Positions 41,045 through 53,000 of a stretch of 64,000 nt of DNA are shown here, piece by piece. The notes below the pieces were generated by a model. The model did no database searches. It saw only the letters and a program-made list of their open reading frames with translations, and had not been told where the DNA came from. Position 1 is the stretch's first letter. Every line of letters begins with the position of its first letter. The position numbers and the translations under genes are program-made. Origin of the DNA: Candidatus Scatovivens sp. (GTDB taxonomy: Bacteria; Bacillota; Clostridia; TANB77; CAG-508); assembly GCA_045646345.1 (NCBI GenBank), contig JAZRKN010000011.1, forward strand, positions 1 to 64,000. The letters run 5' to 3'.

Positions 41045-41481
41045 AATATTATGTATAACTGCGCTCTTTTTTAAGAAGTATACAAATTGGAGAGTTCCAG
41101 ATGTATATATTCTGAAAAATATATTATCTATTTGTAGATGGATAATATACAAAATTTGAATATTATTAAATCTGGAATCTCAAAAATTATATTTTTCTTA
41201 GCTAAACCATTATTTTTAAAAATTGCTAGGGAAATATAAGTTTTGTGATTTTTTTTATAAATTTTTAAAAAAACTATAAAAATTTAATCAAAACTTAATA
41301 TTAACCATTTTAGACATTGAAAATGTAGTTCCGTAGCACGAAAGACAGGAATTACTTACTACTAGCAGGATTGTGGTATATACAAATTTTTGAAATAGGT
41401 TTAGTATATTATATATTAATAATAATGGGTATAATAGCCGATTATTGAGTATTAAAATACGCAAGAAGGGGGAAGTTTGAT

Positions 41482-44400
41482 ATGACAATGAGATTTAAAA
41501 GAATTTTAGTCATAGCAATAGTATTTGCAATTACTTTTGTGAACTATGGTTTACCATTGCAAGCCATAGCTGCTGAAAGTACAGGCTTTTTGTTTGGTGC
41601 AAATTTATTCAAAAAAGACGAAATAGCTTTAAAAGCTTATTTTGACGATGATAATGCGCAAAAAACAAAAGTTTTAAACGTAAATGATACCGCTAGACTA
41701 ACCGTTGAAGTAACTCCTTTGATTGAGGGGTATTTGAAATCTGGAAGTTTAAAATTAAATTTCACGAATGGAAATGAAAATAACTTCAGAATTCAAAAAA
41801 TTGAAGTAGAAAGCGAAGATAAGGAGATAGTTCCAGAAGCTGATTCAGCTCAAGAAATGGTTCAAGATGTCGAAGACATCATTCCAGTAGAACCAGCTGG
41901 AAAAGATGAGCCAAATGAAGATAAACCAATACAAAGTTTCTTGACTGAAGGAACTAAAGATACGCTTCAAAATGTTAAGAGTATACCAGGAGGTTTAGAA
42001 AGTTTATTAAACGGTTCTGCGATAGAAAGTCTTTTACAACAAGAACCAGTTGAAGAAGAGAAATCAGAAGATGTTGTGGTTGATAATTCTATTACAGAAA
42101 TGCCAGTTCAAGAGGAAGAAAAATTAGAAGCCACTATAGAAAATAAACCTGAAACCGAAAAAGAAGATGAGAAACCAATAGAAGAAAATAAAGGTTTATC
42201 AGATTTATTGGTGTCTGAAAAAACAGAAGAAGTTGAAACAACAATTTTTGAAGAAATAGTTGTTGTTAAAGAAAATGAAATCGAATTGAATAATGTTATT
42301 GATAATACAAAAATCTATGTTGATATCGTATATAAACAAAGCGAAGCAATCAAAGTAGAAGATTTGTATAACAATATCAAAATAACTTTGGAAGGAAATT
42401 ACATCAACAAAAATTTAGATGTTCTTGAAGTAGTAGATGAAGATGAAATTACATTAGGATGGGAATATTCTAAAGAAGTGGATGTGATTTCAAACTACGT
42501 TAAAGTGTCACCATTTACAGTTGGTGAGAACTTAGGAACAATTGTAACTAATGACGTAATCATTAGAAGAGCAATCAAAGAACCTAATTATTTACCTCTT
42601 AAAGAAACAAATATCAAACTTATAATCCCTAAAATAAATGATAAATTGCCTACAGCAGTAAATGTTATCGCAGAAAACTTAATGGCAACATGTGGACAAG
42701 AATTAAATAAAGTAGTGTTTACACAAGATAATTGGACATATGATGAAGCAACTGGAGAAATGCAAATCACAGTGAGAAATGAAAATGCAGTGGTATCTCA
42801 AGGTGATGATAAATTTACAATAATCTGTAGATATGAAGACTATGTTAATACAGAAACAATAACATTAGAGAAAGATATAGTTGTTAAAGTTGAAGAATAT
42901 AATTCAAATTCAAATAAAGTTTATGAAAAAGAATTAAAAGAAGTAGAAGAAAAAGAAATATATGCTGGAGAAGTTATTACATATACAGCATCAGCAACAG
43001 AAGAGAAAATAAACAAAGGTAGAATAAACGCAAACTACAATGCAGAAGTACAATATGAAACAGAATTTTCTACAATATTAAATGTAAACTTATTAACAAG
43101 TGATCTTTTAGAAGAAATCAAAATAGAAGGATTTAAAGATGTATATGTAGATGCTGAAAATAAAGAGTTTGATGCTTCAAAAGATGTAATGTATAAAAAA
43201 GTAAAATTATATTACTCAGAAGTTAAGGACATGCTAGAAAAAGGAACAACAATTGATTTATTAGATGAAAATGACAATGTGTTGCATACATTGACAAAAG
43301 AAAATACAACAAATCAAGATGGTTGTGATTTGGAAATAACACAAAGAGTTAAACAAGCAAAAATAAGAATTAACAATATTCAAACAAATGGAAACATAAC
43401 AATTGAATTCGTAAAAGTAATTGCCAAAAGTAACTATTCATTAATCGAATTTAATAATTTTGAGAAAATAGTAAGTAAATCAAAAGCTTTTGTTAAATAT
43501 GTAGACATGGAAGAAAGATTTGCATTAAAAGAAGTAGAGGCTGAAAAAGTATTTACAGAAAGTCAAACAAAAGCAACTTTAAATATTAATAAAGAATACT
43601 TATCTACAGTAAAAGACAATTACAATGTAGAATTAAAAATTGAATTAAATAATAACTTAGAAACAAGCGATTTATATAAAAATCCAGTTTTCGAAATAGT
43701 ATTCCCAGGATATATTAAAGATGTTGAAATACAAAATATGAACTTATTCCATGAAGATGGATTAAGAGTAAATGATTTTAAAACATTTACTCAAGATGGA
43801 GAAATAAGATTAAAATTAGAACTTATAGGAACACAAAAATCATTCTGTGAATCAAGCTTGACAAATGGAACAAACATAATTATTAATGCCAATATTAAAG
43901 TGGATGAAGCAACACCAAGAAAACAAGATGAGATTAGATTATTTTACTTTAATGAAGCTGCAACAAATTATCAAGCAGAAACTGAATGGAACATTGATAA
44001 AGGAATACCAGGCAACATAGTAAAAGCTAAAAATGGTTTTGATGCGGCTGTTATTGAATATCAAGCTCCAGTTGGATTGATTGCAATAAATTCTATTGAA
44101 AATTATGATGGACAATCAAGTGTATTAAAATCAGTAAAACAAGGTGAAGTAAAAGATATGCTTTTTGTAGGAAAACCTGCACAAAGAGCAAAAATTAGAA
44201 TATCTACATTAAATAATACAGGTAATGATTGTACAGATATGTGTATAGTAGGTAGAATTCCATTTGAAGGAAATAAACATATTGAAACAGGTAAAGATTT
44301 GGGATCAACATTAACAATACCAATGCTAGACTTAATTGAAGAAGATTCTGAAAATAAAATCAAAGCCAAAATATATTATTCAACAAATGGAGAAGCTACA

Positions 44401-47070
44401 AGAGAGTTATATGCAAATGGAAATAACTGGTCAGAAACTATTGAAGATATTTCAAAAGTAAAATCATTCTTAATTGTTCCAGAAGGAACATTTAACGCAG
44501 GAGAAATTTTGAATTATTCATATAATGTAGAAATTCCTGCAAATCTTCCATATGAAGGAAAAATATATGGCACATTTACAGCTTATTATAACAATCATAC
44601 AGAATATGCAACTGTATATGAGGCAACAACTGCTGATAAAGTTGGATTAGAAACAGAACCAGGGCCAAAGATTGAGGCTTCAATGAGTGTTGATATTGGT
44701 GAAGGAACAGAAGTAAAAGAAGGTAAAGTACTAGAATATACAGTCAATGTAAAAAATACTGGAAGTATAATAGCAGAAAATGTTTATGTGAAAATGGATG
44801 CACCAATGCATACAAGATTTGTTGAATTTAAAACAATGGTAAATGATTCTGAAATAAGCGGAATTGAATATGTTGAATTAGAAAGTGCAAAACAAGAAGT
44901 AAAAATAAATAACTTAAAACCAAATGAATCACAAGAAGTTAAATTATTAGTAAAAACATTAGAAGAGATTTCTGATGAAAGAGAAAATGAAAATTATATA
45001 ATCGAAGCAGAAGCTGAAATAGAAGTATCAAATTTTGCGATAAAAACAAAAACAAATACTATAAAAAATAAACTAGTAAATGGTAATTTTATAATAAAAG
45101 CTTCAGCAAACATTCCAAATGAATTAAATGATAGAAGTATATATACATATAATTATCAAATTAAAAATTCTTCACAAAGAGATTTGGAAAACGCAAAAAT
45201 AATTTGTGAATTACCAAGAGAATTAAAATATGAAGAGTCATCTATCGAATTAATAACAGATGAAAATTTAAAAACAATATATAACGAAGAAAAACACTGT
45301 GTTGAGGTTGAGATTCCAAAATTTGTTCTATATACAAAAGCTAATTTAAGAATTAAACTAAAAGTTGCAAAAGCAACGAATGAATTAGTCACACCGAAAT
45401 TAACAGTTAAAGCAGATGGAATAGAAGAACAAGCAGCAGCTTTGAATTCAAAAATAGATACAGGTGTTTTAGAAGCTAAGGTTGAATTAGATAAAGAAGA
45501 TGTTGTTAAAGAAAGAGAAGAAGTTGTTTATAAAGTTGTAATTACAAATATAGGAAAAACAGATGCATCTGAAGTTGTAGTACAAGCAATTCCTTCTATG
45601 AATTTAGAAAATGTAAGTATAAATTTTGAAGGATCAAGTACAGGAGCAATAAATAAAGTTAATGGTAAATATGAGACGATTTTCAGAGACTTAAAAGCTA
45701 ATAGTGAAGTTGAAATTATAATAAAAGGTATTGCAACAGATTTGGAAAATGAGACAGAAGAGAAGATTATTGAAAATCAAATTTTAGTAAATTATTGTGG
45801 AGAAGATGTAGCTTCATTAATTTCTAATTCAATAACGATTGTAAATAATTATGAAATAGCAGAAGAAGTAAAACAAGAAGAAAAAATTGTTGAAGATATA
45901 CTATCTGAGGAAAATTCATTACAACTAAATAAAGAAGAATCTTCTATAAATAATAATGAAGATGAACTAATTAAAGAAGAATTAATAGAAGATTCATTAG
46001 TAAATTCTCCAGTGATTAACGAAGTAAAAGAAGAAGTAGTGTTACCAGAAAAAGAACCAGTGAAAGAAGAACCACTAGAAGAAAAATATATTATTTCTGG
46101 TAGAGTTTGGAATGATAAAAACAAAAATGGAGCAAGGGAAGTTGATGAAGAATTTTTAAATGGTATAGATGTTGAATTATATCAAGGAAAAGAATTGTTG
46201 ATGTCAACAAAGACTAATAGTGTAGGTTTTTATAATTTTGCAGAATTACTAAAAGGAAAATATACTATAGTATTCAATTATGATGGAGAAATATATACTG
46301 CAACAACTTATAATAAAGAGAATGTAGCACAAAAAGTTTCTTCAAAAGCTATTGAAGTTGTTGAAGGAAAAGCTAGTTCAAATGAATTAACTATAGATAA
46401 TGCAAATATTGAATATATTAATTTAGGATTAGTTGTAAGAGAAAAATTTAATTTAGCAATAAATAAATATGTAACTAAAGCTGTAATTAATATTGATGAT
46501 AAAAAAGAAGAATATGAATTTGAAGATTTAAAACTAGCAAAGATTGAAATTGATCCAGGAAAATTAAACAAATCAATAGTTGATTTAACATATAAAATTG
46601 TGATTGAAAATATCGGAAATGTTGATGGTTATGCAACTATGATAAATGATTTAATGCCAGAAGGAATGATATTTAATAAAGACGTCAACAATGGATGGTA
46701 TTTAAGTGATGATGGAACTATTTATAATGATACTTTAAAAGACAAAGTTATAAAACCTGGAGAAAAGCTTGAATTAATATTAGTACTTTCAAAACATATG
46801 ACAGAAGAGAATACAGGTATAATAAGTAATAAAGTATTATTAGAAAATGCTACAACAGAAGCTGATGTAAAAGAAAATAAGGAATATAATTTGGATTCAC
46901 AAGAAGTATTGATTCTAGTAAAAACAGGTTATACGGTTCCAATAATTTTAGTAGTAATTGTTACTACAATAACTATAATGATAGTAAGTAATAAAAAGAT
47001 TTATTTTAAAACAAAGGATAAAGGATCGAATAAGATGAAAAAGAATTTGTTTAAGAAAGTTTATAGATAA
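41482..47070 (+). CDS. Large surface protein (1862 aa) with DUF11-like Ig repeats, SdrD-B-like domain and KTG-TM anchor
   Basis: Signal peptide; EGKVLEYTVNVKNTG and EREEVVYKVVITNIG repeats; ISGRVWNDKNKNG; LVKTG + TM + basic tail. Confidence 0.8.
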   Translation: MTMRFKRILVIAIVFAITFVNYGLPLQAIAAESTGFLFGANLFKKDEIALKAYFDDDNAQKTKVLNVNDTARLTVEVTPLIEGYLKSGSLKLNFTNGNENNFRIQKIEVESEDKEIVPEADSAQEMVQDVEDIIPVEPAGKDEPNEDKPIQSFLTEGTKDTLQNVKSIPGGLESLLNGSAIESLLQQEPVEEEKSEDVVVDNSITEMPVQEEEKLEATIENKPETEKEDEKPIEENKGLSDLLVSEKTEEVETTIFEEIVVVKENEIELNNVIDNTKIYVDIVYKQSEAIKVEDLYNNIKITLEGNYINKNLDVLEVVDEDEITLGWEYSKEVDVISNYVKVSPFTVGENLGTIVTNDVIIRRAIKEPNYLPLKETNIKLIIPKINDKLPTAVNVIAENLMATCGQELNKVVFTQDNWTYDEATGEMQITVRNENAVVSQGDDKFTIICRYEDYVNTETITLEKDIVVKVEEYNSNSNKVYEKELKEVEEKEIYAGEVITYTASATEEKINKGRINANYNAEVQYETEFSTILNVNLLTSDLLEEIKIEGFKDVYVDAENKEFDASKDVMYKKVKLYYSEVKDMLEKGTTIDLLDENDNVLHTLTKENTTNQDGCDLEITQRVKQAKIRINNIQTNGNITIEFVKVIAKSNYSLIEFNNFEKIVSKSKAFVKYVDMEERFALKEVEAEKVFTESQTKATLNINKEYLSTVKDNYNVELKIELNNNLETSDLYKNPVFEIVFPGYIKDVEIQNMNLFHEDGLRVNDFKTFTQDGEIRLKLELIGTQKSFCESSLTNGTNIIINANIKVDEATPRKQDEIRLFYFNEAATNYQAETEWNIDKGIPGNIVKAKNGFDAAVIEYQAPVGLIAINSIENYDGQSSVLKSVKQGEVKDMLFVGKPAQRAKIRISTLNNTGNDCTDMCIVGRIPFEGNKHIETGKDLGSTLTIPMLDLIEEDSENKIKAKIYYSTNGEATRELYANGNNWSETIEDISKVKSFLIVPEGTFNAGEILNYSYNVEIPANLPYEGKIYGTFTAYYNNHTEYATVYEATTADKVGLETEPGPKIEASMSVDIGEGTEVKEGKVLEYTVNVKNTGSIIAENVYVKMDAPMHTRFVEFKTMVNDSEISGIEYVELESAKQEVKINNLKPNESQEVKLLVKTLEEISDERENENYIIEAEAEIEVSNFAIKTKTNTIKNKLVNGNFIIKASANIPNELNDRSIYTYNYQIKNSSQRDLENAKIICELPRELKYEESSIELITDENLKTIYNEEKHCVEVEIPKFVLYTKANLRIKLKVAKATNELVTPKLTVKADGIEEQAAALNSKIDTGVLEAKVELDKEDVVKEREEVVYKVVITNIGKTDASEVVVQAIPSMNLENVSINFEGSSTGAINKVNGKYETIFRDLKANSEVEIIIKGIATDLENETEEKIIENQILVNYCGEDVASLISNSITIVNNYEIAEEVKQEEKIVEDILSEENSLQLNKEESSINNNEDELIKEELIEDSLVNSPVINEVKEEVVLPEKEPVKEEPLEEKYIISGRVWNDKNKNGAREVDEEFLNGIDVELYQGKELLMSTKTNSVGFYNFAELLKGKYTIVFNYDGEIYTATTYNKENVAQKVSSKAIEVVEGKASSNELTIDNANIEYINLGLVVREKFNLAINKYVTKAVINIDDKKEEYEFEDLKLAKIEIDPGKLNKSIVDLTYKIVIENIGNVDGYATMINDLMPEGMIFNKDVNNGWYLSDDGTIYNDTLKDKVIKPGEKLELILVLSKHMTEENTGIISNKVLLENATTEADVKENKEYNLDSQEVLILVKTGYTVPIILVVIVTTITIMIVSNKKIYFKTKDKGSNKMKKNLFKKVYR

Positions 47071-47084
47071 GGAGGTGAATAAAT

Positions 47085-50000
47085 ATGAAAACGATTAAAA
47101 AGATATGTTTATTAGTTTTAATGTTAATAATAACAGTTTCTGTAATAAAATATACTGTTATTTCAAACGCAACAGAAATTGAAGAACAAATTATTTCTGA
47201 AGAAGTAATAGATGTAGAAAATAATATGACTTCAGAAATATTACCAAATATGCAAGAAGATACTCAAGGAATCTTAGAAGAAAATTCAGCAAATCTAGAA
47301 AACGCATATGGTAATGAATTAGTAAGTATTTCAGAAAATGTTAGTGCTATTACAAATGTTGAAACTGAATATGTAGTAAAAACAACAACAACAACCAATC
47401 AAATCGTAAATTTAATAAACACTTTTTTGAATAACAGTGTAAATAGACCTGAAGGTGTATATAATTACTATACAGGAGTTGATATTGAAAATTGGTTAGA
47501 GAGAAATATTTATACACTTCCAAATATAGCGAGTCTAGAATATGGAGAAACTTTAGATTCATATGATGAAGATGCTATTTTAGAATTTCCACATAATGCT
47601 TCTATTACAAAAAATATGAACGAATATGTGGAGTTTGACAATAGTACTTGGTATAGACATTCGCCAAAATTAAAAGGAAAACCAACAATTTTTAAAGAAG
47701 TATATGATAACTATGTTCCAGCAAATAATTCGGATATTAAAACACAAGTTGCATATTCTAATTATAATGCAAAAAGAATTTATCCATATTGGGAACTTGG
47801 ATCTATTATAGGAACTAATGATTTAAAAGATTTAAACAATCATCATGATACACAATATGTTGATGCACATAGAATCCCATATATTTTAGCATTCTTAGAA
47901 AAAGGCTCAGAAAACTTTATGACATCTCCATCAGATGCTCAAAAAGCATTATGGGGAGCTACAGGTGCTGGTTCATATCAATACAGTGATTTATATAAAG
48001 CTTCAAAAGCTGTAGAGTATTTCTTAAATGTTGAGAAAGAAGATCATCCAACATCTTTGAATGTTAAATTGCCAAGTGGTGCTCAAGTAGGAACTGTATA
48101 TTCAGTTACTACAGCAGATTTAGATGCTATGTATGAGGCTATTGGTGGAGCTGGATTTGTTGGAGAGGCTCAACCAGAAATAACATTTGACAAAACAGCT
48201 AAAGTAAAAGTTGGACCGTTTGTTATGGGAGATTATGCATATGCTATTTCAGAATATGTTGAAGATTTTTCAGGAACAGATAAAGATAGTAAAGCCAAAC
48301 TTGAATGGCCAAGTATTATAGCTGGAATTGTTGGTGGTAAAATAACTCTTGATGATGGTACTACAATGGAAATTGGTACAAGCTCAGGATCAACAGCTAA
48401 GATCTGTTATACAGATTGGTATAACAACGTTCCATATGATTATGTTGCATCAGAACTTGGTAAATCTGTTGGAGATGTAAGGGGTGAGCTAAGAGGTTCT
48501 AATGCTCATTATATATCAGTGCCTAAAAAAGAAGGAACATATGGTTCTGGAAATAAATGGAATAAAATGGGAGCTAATACAAAAACAAGTATGGGACAAG
48601 CACCAGCACAAGTATATGATTTAAAGGTTACTATAAGGGAGGGAGGACAAGACGTAGATTATCCATTCCCACTTCCATATTCAACATTCTATATCGAAAT
48701 ACCAGTAAGTGCATGTGGCCATGGAAATGTATTGTCTTCAATAACATTTGATTATAGAACTACAGAGGTAACTGGTGAAGGTGATGTTATTATAGTAAGA
48801 GCTGCTAAAACAACAACTTCATTCAGTAAAGATAAAAATTATACTATTATAGAAGGAATTTTTGGTATTGAAGAAACTATAGAAAAACCTTGTACAAATT
48901 ATACACACAGAGGAGGTTGTTACTGTGATGGTGGACACTATAGTAAAACTTGTCATGACTGTAATTGTGATGATTATTGTATATTAGATTGTTCTTCTGA
49001 TCACCATACTTCTAGCTGTTATACTCAAAAAACATGTAGTGATTCAAATCATAAGCATGATAGCTCATGTACTGGAAAAGAGTTGACATGTACAACATCG
49101 CATGCTCACTCAAAACCAGATTGTTATAAATGCTGTACTTGTAGCGGACATTATTGGACATATTCTGGAGTTGATTGTGATGGTACATGTGAGTGTGATG
49201 GTCACCCAAATACAGTATACTGTGAACGTAACGGTGAATGGGCATATTGTGAACACTATCATAGAGAATGTACGACAGGATATAACGAAGTAGAATTAGG
49301 ACCAGATGGTGATGGTGCAACACATGGAGGTACAGTATATGGTCAACCTCTGGTTAGAATAGATGAAGCTAAAGTAAAAGTCGGAACGTATGAGTATACG
49401 AAATCTGTAAATGTTAGATTGTTTTCGGTAATAAATAGATCTGCTAAAATTGTATTTGTATGGCATGGATGGGATGAAGGAGTTACCTATGAAGGTAATG
49501 AAAACTTGTCAGGATTCTTTGATTTTACAGATTTCTCATATACAGATCCAAAACCAGCAGAAGTAGGAGATAGAGTTACATATAAAGTTTCATATGAGAA
49601 TAAAACAGCGGATGATTATTTTGCTTATGTAAGAGCAAATTATCCAGCAGATATTACGGCAAATTCTTTAACGGATATAAAAGTGAAAACAGCTGATTTA
49701 TTTGATAAAGGTTCTGCATTAATTAATAAATTTTTTAATCTTGATTTATTAAATACTACTTTCATAAAACCAGATGCTAATAATATGCAACATATAGTTA
49801 ATACGGGAGCAAGTAGGACTGGTAGTGCGAAAGTTTTATTAAAAGGCAGGGATACACTTAACTTCTTTGTTCAATTTATATTTACAACGGATTGGAAAAT
49901 GAATCCAAATACTAACGAATATTATTCATTAGTTGCAGACATTACTAGTAGAGATGGAAAAGCTAAGAGTACAACAGACATGTCTATAGATTTTGCAAGA

Positions 50001-53000
50001 CGTCCGTATATGAACAATATAGATTTTGTTAGAACAAAATATAATTCTGGAGATCCTAGACATTTAGGACCAGTTATGACAAAAGTAACTTGGATTCCAG
50101 ATACACCTAAACATAAAGAATATACTGTTAATATTAATAAATATATATATGATGTAAATCATGCTAATGGTAATACATTATATACAATGAATGCTAGTGA
50201 AGAGCGTGGAATTAATCATGATGATTCTATTACAAATAATACTTTAAATTATGATGGAGTAAAGGCAAAACATGATGCACAAGAACCATTAAAACAACAA
50301 AATCCAGTATATGTAGAATATGGTGATAGAGTTACATATAAAATAGAATTATCAAATACAAAAATTATTGATAGAGAAGAGCATCCATATTATGAACCAG
50401 ATAAAGTATATGTTACTTTAGTTGATGAATTACCACTTAAATATAGTGAATTAAAGTATACAATAGAAAGCATTGGAGAAGAAGGGGCAGAAGAACAAAA
50501 AGCACATTTACAAGTTTCAACACCTCCTGATAAATCTACATCTGGTACAAGACAAAAACTTACATTTAAAGATATAATGATTCCTAAAAATGGAACTACA
50601 ACAATTACAATTAGTTTAGTTGTAGAAGAACATACAAAAGGAACAGTAGAACAAAATAGAGCATATATAGATACTAATGAGGGAGTATATAACTTCAACA
50701 GAGGTGATTTAAGAGAAAGACAAGCACTTGAAGTTTGTACAATAACAAAACATACAAAAATAACAGGAGATTCATCAGATTGGTATAAATTGAATGATTA
50801 TAAAGTAGATATTGATAAATATATAAGCTCTTATAGATCAGAAGTACACGATAGAAATGAACAATCACATTTTACTCAAGAAACTCCGATAATAGGTAAA
50901 GCTGGTTTATCTTCATTCTTTGAAAATGGAACAATGGTAACAGGAACAACTGTAGCTGCAAACGAAGATACTAGAAGAAAAGGAATGAGTAATACTGATA
51001 AGTCTAATGATCCTGTACAAGCTGAGAAAACAGATGATTTGATATATACAATAAAATTACAAAACTTGACAAAAGAAACAAGCAATTCGTTTGTTGGTGG
51101 TAATAAAAATAGAACAGCAGTAAGGGTATCTAAGGTAATTGAAGAAATTTCTCAAGGAATAGATGTAAAAGAAGTAAAAGCATATATTTATTATAGTAGC
51201 GGTTCAAGAAAGAGAGATATAACTCAATATTTACATATAACACCAGATATATCTGATGGAGCTACTAAATATGAATTTACATTAGATCATGTATATAATA
51301 CTCTATTAATGCAAAATGAATATGTAGTATTTTATGTACGAGCTAAGGTGTCAGAAAGCAATATGAGCTTAGCAAAATTAACTAATAAAGCGACACTTGC
51401 TGTATTAACCAATATAAATACTCCAGATACAACAGATATAAATTCATCTTCTGAAGATGGAAGAGTAGTTAAGGAAGAACAACCAGGAGGTTACAATGAA
51501 AATACAATAACTAATAGCTCATCTACAGAATATATTAGAATGAAAGACTTAGTAATCTCTGGTAAAGTTTGGTTAGACAAAGATAGAGACGGAAAAATGG
51601 AAGCAGAAGATTTATCTTTACTAACAGATAAAGAAAAAGAATTATATAAAGCTAATGGAGCAATGGCTGGTAAAGCTGGAGTGGAAGTTAGACTTTATAG
51701 AGAAGGACAAGCTACTCCTGTAAGGATAACATACACAGATGGAAGTGGTAAATACACGTTCTCTAAGAGTGGTGGTGCTTGGTGTGAAAACTCATTTAAT
51801 GGAAGCGGTCCAAATTATAACGCTGGAACAAATTATCAACGTATAGACAAAGCTACTGGAAAAGATGGTTTCGGAAATTATACAAGTGGAAGTGCATACA
51901 TTAAATACTATATTGAGTTCGTATATGACGGTGTTCTTTATAAGAGTACAGAGTTATATTCTAGACCAGATTACGATGCAATGAGTAGAGCTGATCAAGG
52001 TATGACAAATTTAACTGGAGGAGGAAATTATAATAATAACTATTTATACGACTCAAACGCTGCTGAAAAAGATGATGTGAGAAAAACATTTAATACAAAA
52101 TATGAATATGTTACATATAATGCAGCACTTACAGGTCCTAATGGAGGAACAAATCCAGGTGGAACATTAAACTTTGATAAAATTGGACATACATCATTAT
52201 TGAAAGAAAATCCAGAAAGAGCAATGACAGCAAGAACATTCATAAATGATGAAACAAATGAAGACAACTACTTATGGTTATATACAGGAAGTGGAGTTGG
52301 TGGTCCAAATACAGAGTATTTAAAATACATTAATTTAGGTTTAGAGTTAAGAGAAGAAGTTGATATTTCATTAACAAAAGACGTTTACAAAGTTAAAACA
52401 ACAATAAATGGTGAAACAATGGAATATAGCTTTAACGAAAACTATGGACTAAATGGTGTTGGAGCTGGACTTGGTGGTTCAAATCCTACAGCAAATGAAT
52501 ATTTAAATGACTTTATTATAGCAAAACCATATGGTCTAGAACTTTATGAATCTGACTATAAATATAGAGCAGACCAATATTTTGCAGATAAAGTAATAGA
52601 ATATAAAGGAATTGCAAGTGAGCTTAATGTTGAAGTAACATATAGAATCACGGTAGATAATAAACCAATTTCAGATGATGATGAGGTTAAAAAGACAAAA
52701 GATTATGTTACAGAAACAAACTTACTAGTTAAAGTTAACGAAATAATGGATGTTTATGAAGATAACTTTATCAAATATGGAGCAAGACCAAATAATGAAA
52801 TTACTGTAAAAACTAAAAATGCAGGTGGATACTTAGAAGACTTGAAAGTTAAAACTATAGAAGCTTGGTATTATAAAGATGTAGGAGATGGAAATGGTAA
52901 CTACAGAAGACTAAAAGAAGAAACTCCTACACAAAAACCAACATATGAAGAATTTGCTGGTGGTAGATATCAAAAAGTAGACTTAATAGTTTCTGATGCA

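Noticed and set aside
41195-41360. c-di-GMP riboswitch upstream of the adhesin operon
   Set aside because: Isolated GCTAAACC and CGAAAG words are present but not in the order or spacing of class I or II aptamers.
40889-41488. Minus-strand ORFs 40889-41152 and 41288-41488
   Set aside because: No RBS or motifs; they overlap a terminator, the promoter and the leader of the plus-strand operon.
48891-49271. Multiheme cytochrome c interpretation of the Cys/His-rich region
   Set aside because: No CxxCH motif is present.
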